A stretch of DNA of 64,000 nt from Candidatus Binataceae bacterium (GTDB lineage Bacteria; Desulfobacterota; Binatia; Binatales; Binataceae), in assembly GCA_035295545.1 (NCBI GenBank), contig DATGIT010000014.1:66449-130448 (forward strand), read 5' to 3'. Shown one piece after another: positions 27,551 through 36,434 of this stretch (positions are counted from its first letter, which is position 1; the number at the start of each line of letters is the position of its first letter). The notes beneath the pieces are model-generated. The model ran no database searches. It was not told the DNA's origin and worked only from the letters and a program-made list of their open reading frames with translations. The translations under genes and the position numbers were made by a program.

Positions 27551-28279
27551 TCAATGGTTGGTCGTGTGCTCGCGCGCGGCCGCCTCCGCCGCGCTCGGCC
27601 CGATGCCGGGCGCTCGCGCGCATCGGCATTGCGCGCGCACGCTGACCGCGAGCGTGCGCAGCGTTGCGCCCGCGCCGGCGTCGTAGGTCAGAATCCTGCC
27701 CGCGAGTTCCGGCTCCGTGCCGCGAAGCCATCGCAATGCCTCGGCCGCCTCGACCTCGCCGATCGCCGCGGCCACCGGCCCGATGATTCCGGCTTCGCGG
27801 CAGCTTGCGATCTCGCCCGGCGCCGGGGGCTCTTCGAACAGACAGCGCAGGCACGCCGTGCGGCCGGGGATCACGGTCATCGCCTGCCCGCTCATCCCGA
27901 GCACGCCCGCATAAACGAACGGCCGTTGCAGCGCCACGCAGACGTCGTTGATGAGAAACTTGGAGGCGGGATCGTCGGTCGCATCGATGACGAAACCGTG
28001 ACGCCCGATCAGATCCGCGGCGTTGGCGGCGTCGAGTGCGACCGGGTAGGTTGCCACCGCCACGCCCGGGTAATCCTTGCGCAGACGTTCGGCGGCGGCC
28101 TCGACCTTGAGCCGGCCGAGACTCGATATGCCATAGATCACCTGGCGCGGCAGGTTGGAGAGGGCGACGCTATCGAAGTCGACCAGGCCGAGCCGCGCCG
28201 CGCCGCCGCGCGCGAGGGCGCACGCGGCGGGAACTCCCAGGCCGCCCATGCCGATGATCAGGATCGATTGATTTGCCAA
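27551..28279 (-). CDS. ThiF/MoeB-family E1-like adenylyltransferase
   Basis: 242 aa. Intact Rossmann loop ILIIGMGGLGVPAA and VDFDSVALSNLPRQ. Zinc motifs CLRC / CRC. Lacks the N-terminal RYSRQ helix present in the other ThiF-like gene (23980..24651). Confidence 0.8.
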   Translation of the reverse strand: MANQSILIIGMGGLGVPAACALARGGAARLGLVDFDSVALSNLPRQVIYGISSLGRLKVEAAAERLRKDYPGVAVATYPVALDAANAADLIGRHGFVIDATDDPASKFLINDVCVALQRPFVYAGVLGMSGQAMTVIPGRTACLRCLFEEPPAPGEIASCREAGIIGPVAAAIGEVEAAEALRWLRGTEPELAGRILTYDAGAGATLRTLAVSVRAQCRCARAPGIGPSAAEAAAREHTTNH

Positions 28280-28327
28280 GTCATCCTCACGCCCGGCCTT
28301 GCCATTCCGTGCTGCGTCGCGAGGGGC

Positions 28328-28367
28328 AAAAAATAAAAAACCCTCGTTCCGGATAAGGACGAGGGTA
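28328..28367 (-). terminator. intrinsic terminator (expression platform of the SAM-I riboswitch)
   Basis: Minus strand CCCUCGU-CCUUAUCCGGA-ACGAGGG followed by UUUUUUAUUUUUU. The loop CCUUAUCC is identical to the 5' strand of riboswitch P1, allowing an antiterminator/terminator switch. Confidence 0.75.
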
Positions 28368-28379
28368 CCAGGACTCTCG

Positions 28380-28490
28380 CCTTATCTACCGAAGCCTCGT
28401 GCGGGCTCCGTTGGAGTTAGCACCAGCACCCTGTTGCGGGCCGGTTGCTGCGGCATCATCGGGCCAGTCCCTCCGCCGCTCTGGATAAGG
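28380..28490 (-). promoter_or_regulatory. SAM-I (S-box) riboswitch aptamer
   Basis: Minus-strand RNA CCUUAUCCAGAGCGGCGGAGGGACUGGCCCGAUGAUGCCGCAGCAACC...GGUGCUAACUCC...GGUAGAUAAGG matches the SAM-I consensus (UUAUCaAGAGnGGcgGAGGGAcuGGCCCgAUGAagCCcgGCAACC ... GGUGCcAAuUCC ... AGAUgAG). P1 is formed by CCUUAUC / GAUAAGG. A possible -35 TTGACT lies at 28534..28529. Confidence 0.8.
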
Positions 28491-28738
28491 CCATCAGGCC
28501 CATTACGGTTACCGGAGCCCCGGCCCAAAGTCAACCGCCGACCTATCGGTCAGGCGCCATCGAAGCCGGCGCGCGAGCGCGAATTGCGCAAGCCGGCGGC
28601 AGGAGTAAGACGCGCCGCGTATCGCACGATGGGGCGTTTTTCCTTGCGGGATTTGTCGGGCGATGCTTTAAGGGGGCTTGCCACCGGAGCTTTTGCGGCG
28701 GATCGCGGCCGCAATTTTTCCCGGCACGGGAGGTACCT

Positions 28739-29638
28739 ATGCGTATTGGATTTATCGGGCTCGGCAACATGGGCGGCTCGATGGCGCTCAACCTGATGAA
28801 GGCGGGCCACCAGGTTACGGTCAATGACGTGCGCCGCCAGATGGCCGAGCCGCATCTTGCCGGCGGCGCAAAATGGGCCGACAGCGCGGCTGCCGTCGCC
28901 CGGGAAGCTGAAGTCGTCTTTACCTCGTTGCCCGGACCGCGCGAGGTCGAAGCCGTGGCGCTTGGCGAGGGCGGGCTCATCGGCGCGATGGCGCCGGGCA
29001 GCCTGTACATCGATCTCTCGACCAATTCGCCGACCGTCGTGCGCCAGGTTCACGCGCGACTCAAGGCGCGCGGCATCCGGATGCTCGATGCACCGGTGAG
29101 CGGCGGCGTGGTCGGCGCGCGCAAGGCGACACTCGCGGTGATGGTCGGCGGGAGCGAGGCGGATTACAACGAAGTCAAGCCGGTGCTCGACGCGATCGGC
29201 GATAAGGTGACGTATATCGGCGAGATCGGCGCCGGTTCGGTGGCCAAACTGGTGCATAACATGATCGCCATCTGCTCGACGCAGTTGCTGGCCGAGGCGT
29301 TCACGATGGGAGTGAAGGCGGGAGTGTCGCCCGAGGCGCTGCTGCGCGCGGTGCAGGGTGGCGCTTACGGGCAGGGGATGGTGTTGAACGCGGCGCTGCC
29401 CAAGATGATCTTTCGCGGCACTTTCGATCGGGTGACGTTCGCGCTCAAGCTGGCGCGCAAGGACCTCGGCCTCGCCACCGAGCTGGCGCGCGAGCTGAAC
29501 GTGCCCATGCCGATGGCCGCGCACGCAGAGCAGGACTTTCTCGAGGCGCTGAACAAGGGCTGGGGCGAGAAGGATTCGTCCGCGACCTTCATGGTCCAGG
29601 AAGAGCGCGCCGGCGTGAAGGTGCGCGCCGCCACCTGA
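28739..29638 (+). CDS. NAD(P)-dependent 3-hydroxyacid dehydrogenase (3-hydroxyisobutyrate dehydrogenase family)
   Basis: Start moved to ATG at 28739 (MRIGFIGLGNMGGSMALNL), with GGGAGG 6 nt upstream. Motifs DAPVSGG and KLVHNMI typical of the HIBADH/6PGDH-like family. Confidence 0.8.
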   Translation: MRIGFIGLGNMGGSMALNLMKAGHQVTVNDVRRQMAEPHLAGGAKWADSAAAVAREAEVVFTSLPGPREVEAVALGEGGLIGAMAPGSLYIDLSTNSPTVVRQVHARLKARGIRMLDAPVSGGVVGARKATLAVMVGGSEADYNEVKPVLDAIGDKVTYIGEIGAGSVAKLVHNMIAICSTQLLAEAFTMGVKAGVSPEALLRAVQGGAYGQGMVLNAALPKMIFRGTFDRVTFALKLARKDLGLATELARELNVPMPMAAHAEQDFLEALNKGWGEKDSSATFMVQEERAGVKVRAAT

Positions 29639-29705
29639 AGCGGCCCAGCCGCCGCGATTCGACCGCGCAAGTTCCGTCACTGGCTAATCCAAGGAGCAAC
29701 CGAAA

Positions 29706-30080
29706 ATGGCTGACGACAAGCACGAAAAGGGCATGGCGATACGCACGCAACTGTGGGGCGAGAAAGGCGCCAAGGCGGGCAACGATTTCTTGAGCGGCTT
29801 CGATCCGGATTTCGGCAAGTTCCTCAACGACGAGCTGTTCGGCGGTATCTGGGGACGCCCGGGCTTGCCGATCAAGACGCGCTCGATGATCACGATGGCG
29901 GCGCTGCTCGCGCTCGGCCGCGGCGCCGAGCTGCGCGTGCACATGCGCGGCGCGCTCAACCTCGGCATCACGCACACCGAGATCAAGGAGATGATCTTTC
30001 ATCTCTCGCAGTACAGCGGCGTGCCCACCGCGGTCGAGGCGATCCGCGCCTTCACCGAAGTCACCGCGCCCAAGAAATAG
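29706..30080 (+). CDS. carboxymuconolactone decarboxylase family protein (AhpD-like)
   Basis: 124 aa. CMD-family features (GIWGRPGL, ITHTEIKEMIFHLSQYSGVP). Confidence 0.8.
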   Translation: MADDKHEKGMAIRTQLWGEKGAKAGNDFLSGFDPDFGKFLNDELFGGIWGRPGLPIKTRSMITMAALLALGRGAELRVHMRGALNLGITHTEIKEMIFHLSQYSGVPTAVEAIRAFTEVTAPKK

Positions 30081-30162
30081 CCGCCGCGCGCGATCGAACC
30101 GCGCGCGCGCGCAATGCTCGAATCGCCCGCTGCGATTGCGCCGTCGACCGTCGATCGGGCGG

Positions 30163-30185
30163 ATGCGGGGCTGCTGCCCCGCATC
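30163..30185. terminator. bidirectional hairpin between convergent genes
   Basis: gatgcgggg-ctgctg-ccccgcatc, a 9-bp perfect stem, in the 105-nt gap between the CMD gene (+) and the tadE-like gene (-). Confidence 0.45.
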
Positions 30186-30683
30186 TCATTCGTACATCTG
30201 CGAGTCGGACGCGCTCAGCGTGGTCGGGAATCTGACCCCGAGGAACGGATTGGGCAGCGCGATCTTCGAGGTGGCGTTGTAGCTGAGGTTGATGACCAGG
30301 CGGTCGGTATATCCGGGCGAATTGGTCGTAGTGGTCGAGGTTCCGGAATACGACGCGATGGTTACGGTGAGATCCCTTCCGCCATTGGTCAAGATCGACG
30401 ACGACAAAAGCTGCTGCATCGCCGTCGTCATTGTAACGGTTCCATTCGGGCCCATCGTGCCAGGATTTACCGCCGCATAGCGCGCCAGCGCCGATGCGCC
30501 CTGGCTCAGCGCCAGCGCCGCCTGGCCGATCATAGCGAACTGGATGCCGAGCAGAACCACGATTATCGCGACGGGTGCGATAAACGCCATCTCGGCCATC
30601 GCCTGTCCGCGGCTGAACCGCCGCCTCCGGGCGCGCGTAGTGTCCTGGAAGTTCCGATTGCGCTGTCTGGTAGATCGACCCAT
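30186..30683 (-). CDS. TadE-like Flp-pilus assembly (pseudopilin) protein
   Basis: 165 aa. N-terminal RRRFSRGQAMAEMAFIAPVAIIVVLLGIQFAM matches the TadE/TadG N-terminal motif (RGQ..VEFAL plus TM). Ser/Thr-rich C-terminus. Confidence 0.6.
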   Translation of the reverse strand: MGRSTRQRNRNFQDTTRARRRRFSRGQAMAEMAFIAPVAIIVVLLGIQFAMIGQAALALSQGASALARYAAVNPGTMGPNGTVTMTTAMQQLLSSSILTNGGRDLTVTIASYSGTSTTTTNSPGYTDRLVINLSYNATSKIALPNPFLGVRFPTTLSASDSQMYE

Positions 30684-30698
30684 AACGTGTACCGGTTT

Positions 30699-31697
30699 TT
30701 ATTGAGTGAGCGTCGGAACCTGTAATGCGCCGAGCCCGGGCGCGCCCGATCCGGCGATGCTGTTAGGCGCGATCGCCTGGACGAAACATCCGTTGATATT
30801 CGTACTGGTGGTGGTCGAGGGTTCCAGGTAAATCAAGGCGAAGCCCTCGATGGTCAGGCTGCAGTTGCCGTTGCAGCCGTGATAATCGACCGCCGGAACG
30901 ACCACCAGGCAAGGATCGTTGGGCGGAATATTGTCCGGATTACCACCCCCACTGGTGCACGGATCGGAGATGGAATTGCAGCTGTTGAGGCGACTGGACA
31001 ACGCGCTCTTGACAGGCCCGGACTTGCCCTTGTTGCCGGGCTCGGACTGGATGCTGCCGCCGACCGAGAACGAAGCCGAGGCGCCGCTTTGTATCGCAGC
31101 GGCCAGGGCGGAGTCGCCGCCGCCCGATCCGCCTGTCGGGTCAAGCCACTGCCAATTTCCGGGTGCGAGTCCGCCCACGAATTTCTGGCCGAACGATACC
31201 GACTGGCCGGGGTCGAGGCTGGACAGACTGCATGGCGAGGTGCACTGGAGTCCCACGGGAAAGAGCCCCTGGGTGACGGTCTTGATAGGGCCGCCTGCGG
31301 CTGCGGTGGCGCTCGCCGCAACGCTGTACGTGCTAAGGCCGAGAACCTTCCAGAAGTAGTAAGGCAGACCGCTCTGCTGCGCCAGAACCCGAATACTTGT
31401 GCCGCTCGGCTCGCTTATGGTGAGACTCGCCGGCGCCAGGCCGTTGTCCGAGGCATATGTGCACGCGACTTTTTTCGCGTCATCCGATAGCGCACTACAG
31501 CCGCTCGCCGCGGTGCCGGTAAAGGCGTAGCCGGTAAGATAGTTGGCGCCGGCGAGCGCGGCAGCGTCCGCGACCTTCTGCACGTGCAGCCAGTTCACGT
31601 ACATCACGGCTACGTCTGAGCCGAGGGCGATCGCTCCGACGACGGCGACGATCACGACCGCATATAGCGCAGCTACCTGACCGCGAAAGGTACTCAT
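30699..31697 (-). CDS. TadG-like Flp-pilus assembly protein
   Basis: 332 aa. N-terminal FRGQVAALYAVVIVAVVGAIALGSDVAVMYVNWLHVQKVADAAALAGA. Paralogous to the gene at 32343..33425 (e.g. GLFPVGLQCTSPCSL and GQKFVGG..GNWQW shared). Confidence 0.6.
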   Translation of the reverse strand: MSTFRGQVAALYAVVIVAVVGAIALGSDVAVMYVNWLHVQKVADAAALAGANYLTGYAFTGTAASGCSALSDDAKKVACTYASDNGLAPASLTISEPSGTSIRVLAQQSGLPYYFWKVLGLSTYSVAASATAAAGGPIKTVTQGLFPVGLQCTSPCSLSSLDPGQSVSFGQKFVGGLAPGNWQWLDPTGGSGGGDSALAAAIQSGASASFSVGGSIQSEPGNKGKSGPVKSALSSRLNSCNSISDPCTSGGGNPDNIPPNDPCLVVVPAVDYHGCNGNCSLTIEGFALIYLEPSTTTSTNINGCFVQAIAPNSIAGSGAPGLGALQVPTLTQ

Positions 31698-32342
31698 CGG
31701 ACCTCACGTTGAAATCATCTATGCGAGCTTGAAATTCGTGTCCCGCGCTTAAAAAACCTCTTTACTCGCGTTGAGCAATCTGCGTGCCGCCGGACGCGGT
31801 CGAACTACATTGAGCTAAGATCATCTTAGCGCCCCGTCGATTTCGAAAGACGCGATTCCGGGTTCTGCGTGTGGCAAGGGTGCAACGGCTCGGTTCGAGT
31901 ATTCGCAACAGGCACTAATTTGATTTCATTTTTGTTTATCGGGCTTCAAAAGTCTCATCGCGAGCTATATCGAAATACTTTCACTCAATGTCTCGGAATG
32001 CCGGCGTTCGTTGCGTCCTCGATTTCGAGTGAAGCAGTCGAGCCATCCGTGCAATTGAGCGCCTAACTGCTTAATGCGCAGCGTGGCGACGAGATCGCAT
32101 GATCTTTGAGTTCTATGTTGTCGTTTCCTTTTCAAGGCAAAAGGTTTCGCTTGAGAACTGGCCAGTCTTCCAGTCAGTCGCACAGTGCCCTCGGGACAAC
32201 TTCACGCGGGCTTGCATTGATGTGTCCACTGATATAAATAAATAAAGCACGACATAGGCAGTTACAGCGAACGTTCGGGGGGCGCGTTGGCCGCGGCCGT
32301 CGTCAGTGCCCTTTGGGGCTACTTAAACACGGGGGTCACCAG

Positions 32343-33425
32343 ATGAACGCTCGTCCTCGGCTCGCCAAGGGCCAAATCATGGTCATCTTCATGCTGTTTA
32401 TGCCCGTGCTGCTGGGCGCAATGGCACTGGGCGCGGATTTCGCCGTTATCTATGTGAACTGGACGGTCATCCAGAAGGCGGCGGACGCGGCCGCGCTGGC
32501 CGGAGCGTCGCAGCTCACGGGGGTGAGTGGGTCGGCGTCGACGGTGCAGCCGGCCGTGGATCAATACGTCAACGGCTACGCCTGCCTTAACGGCATCTCG
32601 AATACGGGCACGAGCAGTCTTTGCGCCGCACATGCCGGACCCGACACCATGGTCTTCACCACCAATACCGACACCACGGTTTCGGTCGGCATCAAGCGAA
32701 CAGTGCCTTATTCTTTCGGCAAATTGATAGGTCTCCAGAATGCTTCCGTTGCTGCCAAGGCCACCGCAGGCATCTTTCCGCCGGGCGGAGCCAACGGGTT
32801 GTTCCCGGTCGGACTCCAATGCACGAGCCCGTGCAGCCTGGCCAACCTGAACCCCGGCCAGGGCGTTACCTTCGGGCAGAAATTTGTGGGATCGATCGGC
32901 GCCAGCGGAAATTGGCAGTGGGTTGATGTCGGACAAGGCAACGGAGCGAGCGCGCTCGGCCACGTGCTGCAATACGGCGCGTCAGGAACGTTCACGATCG
33001 GCGAAACGATCGGCAGCGACCCGGGCAACAAGGCGAACTCGGGTCCGGCGAAAAACGGGCTCGCCGCCAGGCTCGCCTCATGTTCGGCGGCGAGCAATCC
33101 TCTGACCAGTTCGACCGATCCGTGCCGGAACGGCGCCTTGCTGGCGAAGTCCAGCGGGAAGCAGAACGGCATCGGAGGAACGAACGTCGGCGCGGTGCCG
33201 CTCAACGATCCCTGCCTGGTGACCGTGCCCGCGGTTGATTTCACCGGATGCAACGGAAGCTGCAGCTTCAAGATAGAGGGGTTCGCGCAGGTTTACCTGG
33301 AACAGGACAGCACCACCAGCGCCATAGACGCCTGCTTCGTCCAGGGATCGACCACCAGCAATGTGCTGGGCAGCAGCAGCGCGCCACAGCTGGGCGCGCT
33401 GGCGCCGCCGGTTCTCACGAACTAG
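32343..33425 (+). CDS. TadG-like Flp-pilus assembly protein (paralog)
   Basis: Start at ATG 32343 (MNARPRLAKGQIMVIFMLFMPVLLGAMALGADFAV). Shares long conserved blocks with the 30699..31697 product but lies on the opposite strand. Confidence 0.6.
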   Translation: MNARPRLAKGQIMVIFMLFMPVLLGAMALGADFAVIYVNWTVIQKAADAAALAGASQLTGVSGSASTVQPAVDQYVNGYACLNGISNTGTSSLCAAHAGPDTMVFTTNTDTTVSVGIKRTVPYSFGKLIGLQNASVAAKATAGIFPPGGANGLFPVGLQCTSPCSLANLNPGQGVTFGQKFVGSIGASGNWQWVDVGQGNGASALGHVLQYGASGTFTIGETIGSDPGNKANSGPAKNGLAARLASCSAASNPLTSSTDPCRNGALLAKSSGKQNGIGGTNVGAVPLNDPCLVTVPAVDFTGCNGSCSFKIEGFAQVYLEQDSTTSAIDACFVQGSTTSNVLGSSSAPQLGALAPPVLTN

Positions 33426-33452
33426 GCAGAGCTATCGATACGGAGCAAAGAC

Positions 33453-34055
33453 GTGAACACGCGTATCAGCCGCCGGATTCGATGCCTGAGCCGCACGCCG
33501 CGGGGCCAGGCGATGACCGAGTTCATACTCGCGGCGTTCGTCGCCGCGATCGTTCTGTTCGTGGCGATTCAATTTGCCGTGCTCGGCAGAGAGTCGATGG
33601 CTCTGGGACAGCTGGACTATCAGGTAACGCGGTGGGCGACGGATTCGGCGAACAACACCCTGGCCAACACCAACAGCCCGCAATGCAGCGACGTCGCCAA
33701 TCTCATCTCGGGCACTCCGACCACTCCGCCTTCTCCCTACGAGGCCGAGCCTGCGATGGCCTCGGGCTACATGGGCAAGATCGGCTACGGCAGCGGTCGC
33801 ACCGTGTGCGGCGCGCCGCCAAAGGGCGGAATCGGGGTGGCCATGACCTGTCTGCAGGCGGACTCGAAGGGCGCGATAAATACCGCGACCAGTTGTGCGG
33901 CTCAGCGTGCGGCGGGCACAGCGGTGCAGATCACCCTGACCATGGACACCAGCTGGGTTCTTCTCTTTAATACCGGCAGCAGCGGCAGCCCGAGTTTTTT
34001 CGGCATCCCGTTTCCCGCAACGCTGTCGAGCACTCACACGATGCTCACCCAGTAG
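33453..34055 (+). CDS. TadE-like Flp-pilus assembly (pseudopilin) protein
   Basis: 200 aa. N-terminal SRTPRGQAMTEFILAAFVAAIVLFVAIQFAVLG (TadE motif). Paralogous to the 30186..30683 product. Confidence 0.6.
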   Translation: MNTRISRRIRCLSRTPRGQAMTEFILAAFVAAIVLFVAIQFAVLGRESMALGQLDYQVTRWATDSANNTLANTNSPQCSDVANLISGTPTTPPSPYEAEPAMASGYMGKIGYGSGRTVCGAPPKGGIGVAMTCLQADSKGAINTATSCAAQRAAGTAVQITLTMDTSWVLLFNTGSSGSPSFFGIPFPATLSSTHTMLTQ

Positions 34056-34110
34056 GGAGTCTTCTCAGGCGTCGCAATCGAGCGCGGATTTTCGATGGAG
34101 AAAGCAAGCC

Positions 34111-34554
34111 GTGGATAGCATGCGGGGCGTGGCCAACCGGCGCTTGAGGCGACTGTCGTTCCGCGCCCGTTTGGCGCTCATTGCGCTCGCGGTCATCCTG
34201 GTGCCGATCGAGCTGCTGGCGCATGGCCGGCTGGCCAGGGAGTACTACGACCTCAACGTTGATATTCTTCAACTGACCGCCAATAGCGCGGTAACCGTCG
34301 GCGCTCGCTATCTGCCGGCGCATCCGCACGCCGCGGTTCGAGAAGCGAACGCGTATGCCGAACGCCACGGCATCGCGCGCGCCGAGATCGTCTTCACCGG
34401 GCTCTCGGCGGATAACCGCGTGCTCACGATCCGACTCGAGCGCAAAGTCCCCCGCTACATGGCCCTGCTGGTGCTGGGCGGGCTGCCCGCGCGCGACATC
34501 AACGTCACCGCCTCGGCCACGCTCACCATGCGCCGGAGCGTCGTACAGCTCTAG
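34111..34554 (+). CDS. hypothetical protein, TadE/TadG-like N-terminus
   Basis: 147 aa. N-terminal basic stretch followed by a TM helix (LALIALAVILVPIELLA). Position immediately after the tad pseudopilin genes. Confidence 0.4.
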   Translation: MDSMRGVANRRLRRLSFRARLALIALAVILVPIELLAHGRLAREYYDLNVDILQLTANSAVTVGARYLPAHPHAAVREANAYAERHGIARAEIVFTGLSADNRVLTIRLERKVPRYMALLVLGGLPARDINVTASATLTMRRSVVQL

Positions 34555-34746
34555 ACAGCCGGGACTTCGCTCCGCGCGCCCGGCGAAAATCGCCTATCGC
34601 GCGTTCGATTCAAAGCCATCCGTCATCACGCCGTCGGCCGGTCCGGATCCGGCAACGAGGCCGGCGAAACTTGGCTTTCATCGCGCAAGCGCAGTAAAAG
34701 AAATCAGGCTGCCTGAACCTCGGCGGCGGGCGGAGTTTGAATCGCG

Positions 34747-35619
34747 ATGAAAATCGGACTGCTGGTTGCGCCCAACGAAAGGACGGTCAATCCCGCCGAT
34801 CTCGCGCGCGCCGCCGAGGCGCTCGGCTTCGAGTCGCTATGGATGCCGGACCATGCGGTGATGCCCGTGCACAGCGCGACGCCGTTGCCCGAAACGCGTC
34901 CGGGCGACGGCGGCATTCCGGACATTTACTACCACATCTGCGATCCGATGGTGGCGATGGCGATGGCGGCGGCGGCGACCACGCGCCTGATGGTCGCGAC
35001 CGGCGTGCTGCTCGTGCCCGAGCGCAATCCGCTGCTCACGGCCAACGAGCTGGCCACGCTCGACCGTCTCTCGGGCGGGCGCGTGATCCTGGGCATCGGC
35101 GCGGGCTGGCTCCGCGAGGAATCGGAAATTCTCGGCGCCGATTTCGCCCATCGATGGACCCAGACGCGCGAGTACGTCGCCGCGATGCGCGAGTTGTGGA
35201 CCAGGGAAGAGGCCTCGTTCGAGGGCCGCTATGTCAACTTCCCGCCGGTGCGATGCTATCCCAAGCCCGCGCGCAAGGGCGGCCCGCCGGTGATTATCGG
35301 CAGCAAGGACAGGAACGCGCTGCGCTGGGTGGCGCGATGGGGCGACGGATGGTGTCCCATTTTTCTCTCGCCCGCCGAGCTCGAGACGGCGCTGGGCCGG
35401 CTGCGCGCGGAATGCGATGCGGCCGAACGCGATTTCGCGCGTATGGATATCACGATCATGCGGCGCGAGCTGCGCGGCGCGCGCGCCGAGGTCCAAAGCG
35501 GGCTCGAGCAGTACGCCGCGGTCGGCGCGCATCGCTTTGTCGTCATGATGCTCGACGGCCGGCTGCGGCCGGATAATTTCCGCCCTGAACTGGAGCGCAT
35601 AGCCGCCCTGTACGTCTGA
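34747..35619 (+). CDS. LLM-class (luciferase-like) flavin/F420-dependent oxidoreductase
   Basis: 290 aa. N-terminal MKIGLLVAPNERTVNPADLARAAEALGFESLWMPDH typical of the bacterial luciferase-like TIM-barrel family. Confidence 0.8.
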   Translation: MKIGLLVAPNERTVNPADLARAAEALGFESLWMPDHAVMPVHSATPLPETRPGDGGIPDIYYHICDPMVAMAMAAAATTRLMVATGVLLVPERNPLLTANELATLDRLSGGRVILGIGAGWLREESEILGADFAHRWTQTREYVAAMRELWTREEASFEGRYVNFPPVRCYPKPARKGGPPVIIGSKDRNALRWVARWGDGWCPIFLSPAELETALGRLRAECDAAERDFARMDITIMRRELRGARAEVQSGLEQYAAVGAHRFVVMMLDGRLRPDNFRPELERIAALYV

Positions 35620-35644
35620 AATTCAGGGCCCGCGTCCCAAGGCC

Positions 35645-36298
35645 ATGAACGACGACGATCTGAAGCTGCGCATCGTCGGTATCGAGAACGATGGCGACAT
35701 CGGGGGCGCGCGCCGGCTCAGGCTCAGGACCACGCGCGGCGCGATTGCGCTGATCGTGCATCCGGCGGGAGAAACCGAACGCGTCGCGCTCTGTGTCAGC
35801 GGCGCGCTCGGCGGTTTCGACGGACCGGCCGAGCTTTACCCACGCCTCGGCGCGACGCTGCCGCAGTCGGGCATCGCCGTCGTGCGGCTCGACTATCGGA
35901 TACCCAACGAGTTCGGCGAATGCGTGCTGGATACGCTCGCCGGACTGTCGTTTTTGGGCGCGATGAAATGCCGGCGCGCTGCGCTCGTCGGCCATTCCTT
36001 CGGCGGAGCGGTGGCGATCAACGCCGGCACGCTCTCGCCCTTGGTCAGCACGGTGGTCGCGATTTCGAGCCAGCTCTTCGGTGCGCACGTGGTCGAGGCC
36101 CTGGCTCCGCGGCCGCTGCTGCTGGTGCACGGCACCGCGGATTCGATCCTGTCGCATGCCTCCTCCGAGCAAATCTACCAGCGCGCGCACGAGCCCAGGA
36201 CGTTGAAGCTTTTCCCCGGAGCGGATCATCGTTTCACGGATAACGGCGACGGTCTGCTCGCCGCGGTCGGCGAGTGGATCGAAGAACGGCTCGGATGA
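35645..36298 (+). CDS. alpha/beta hydrolase (dienelactone-hydrolase-like)
   Basis: 217 aa. Nucleophile elbow GHSFGGAVAI. C-terminal HGTADSIL. Confidence 0.75.
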   Translation: MNDDDLKLRIVGIENDGDIGGARRLRLRTTRGAIALIVHPAGETERVALCVSGALGGFDGPAELYPRLGATLPQSGIAVVRLDYRIPNEFGECVLDTLAGLSFLGAMKCRRAALVGHSFGGAVAINAGTLSPLVSTVVAISSQLFGAHVVEALAPRPLLLVHGTADSILSHASSEQIYQRAHEPRTLKLFPGADHRFTDNGDGLLAAVGEWIEERLG

Positions 36299-36434
36299 AT
36301 CGTCGCTTCGGCCGCGCCCACCGGCGCGGTCGGCTTTTTTCAGCAAGAGCTTGCGCGTTCTGAGACGATCGTTGCGAATCTCTGCCGAAAATTCGCGCTA
36401 ACGCGTTCAAATCGGATCCGCGCGGGCGATCCGC

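Noticed and set aside
28376-28738. Possible large structured RNA (RNase P RNA, tmRNA or SRP RNA) in the 360-nt gap, or a 5' UTR element of the plus-strand dehydrogenase gene
   Set aside because: No RNase P (GGAAAGUCCGGGC), tmRNA acceptor or SRP (GGUCAGGUCCGGAAGGAAGCAGC) signatures. The conserved element instead matches the SAM-I riboswitch on the opposite (minus) strand, with its own terminator.
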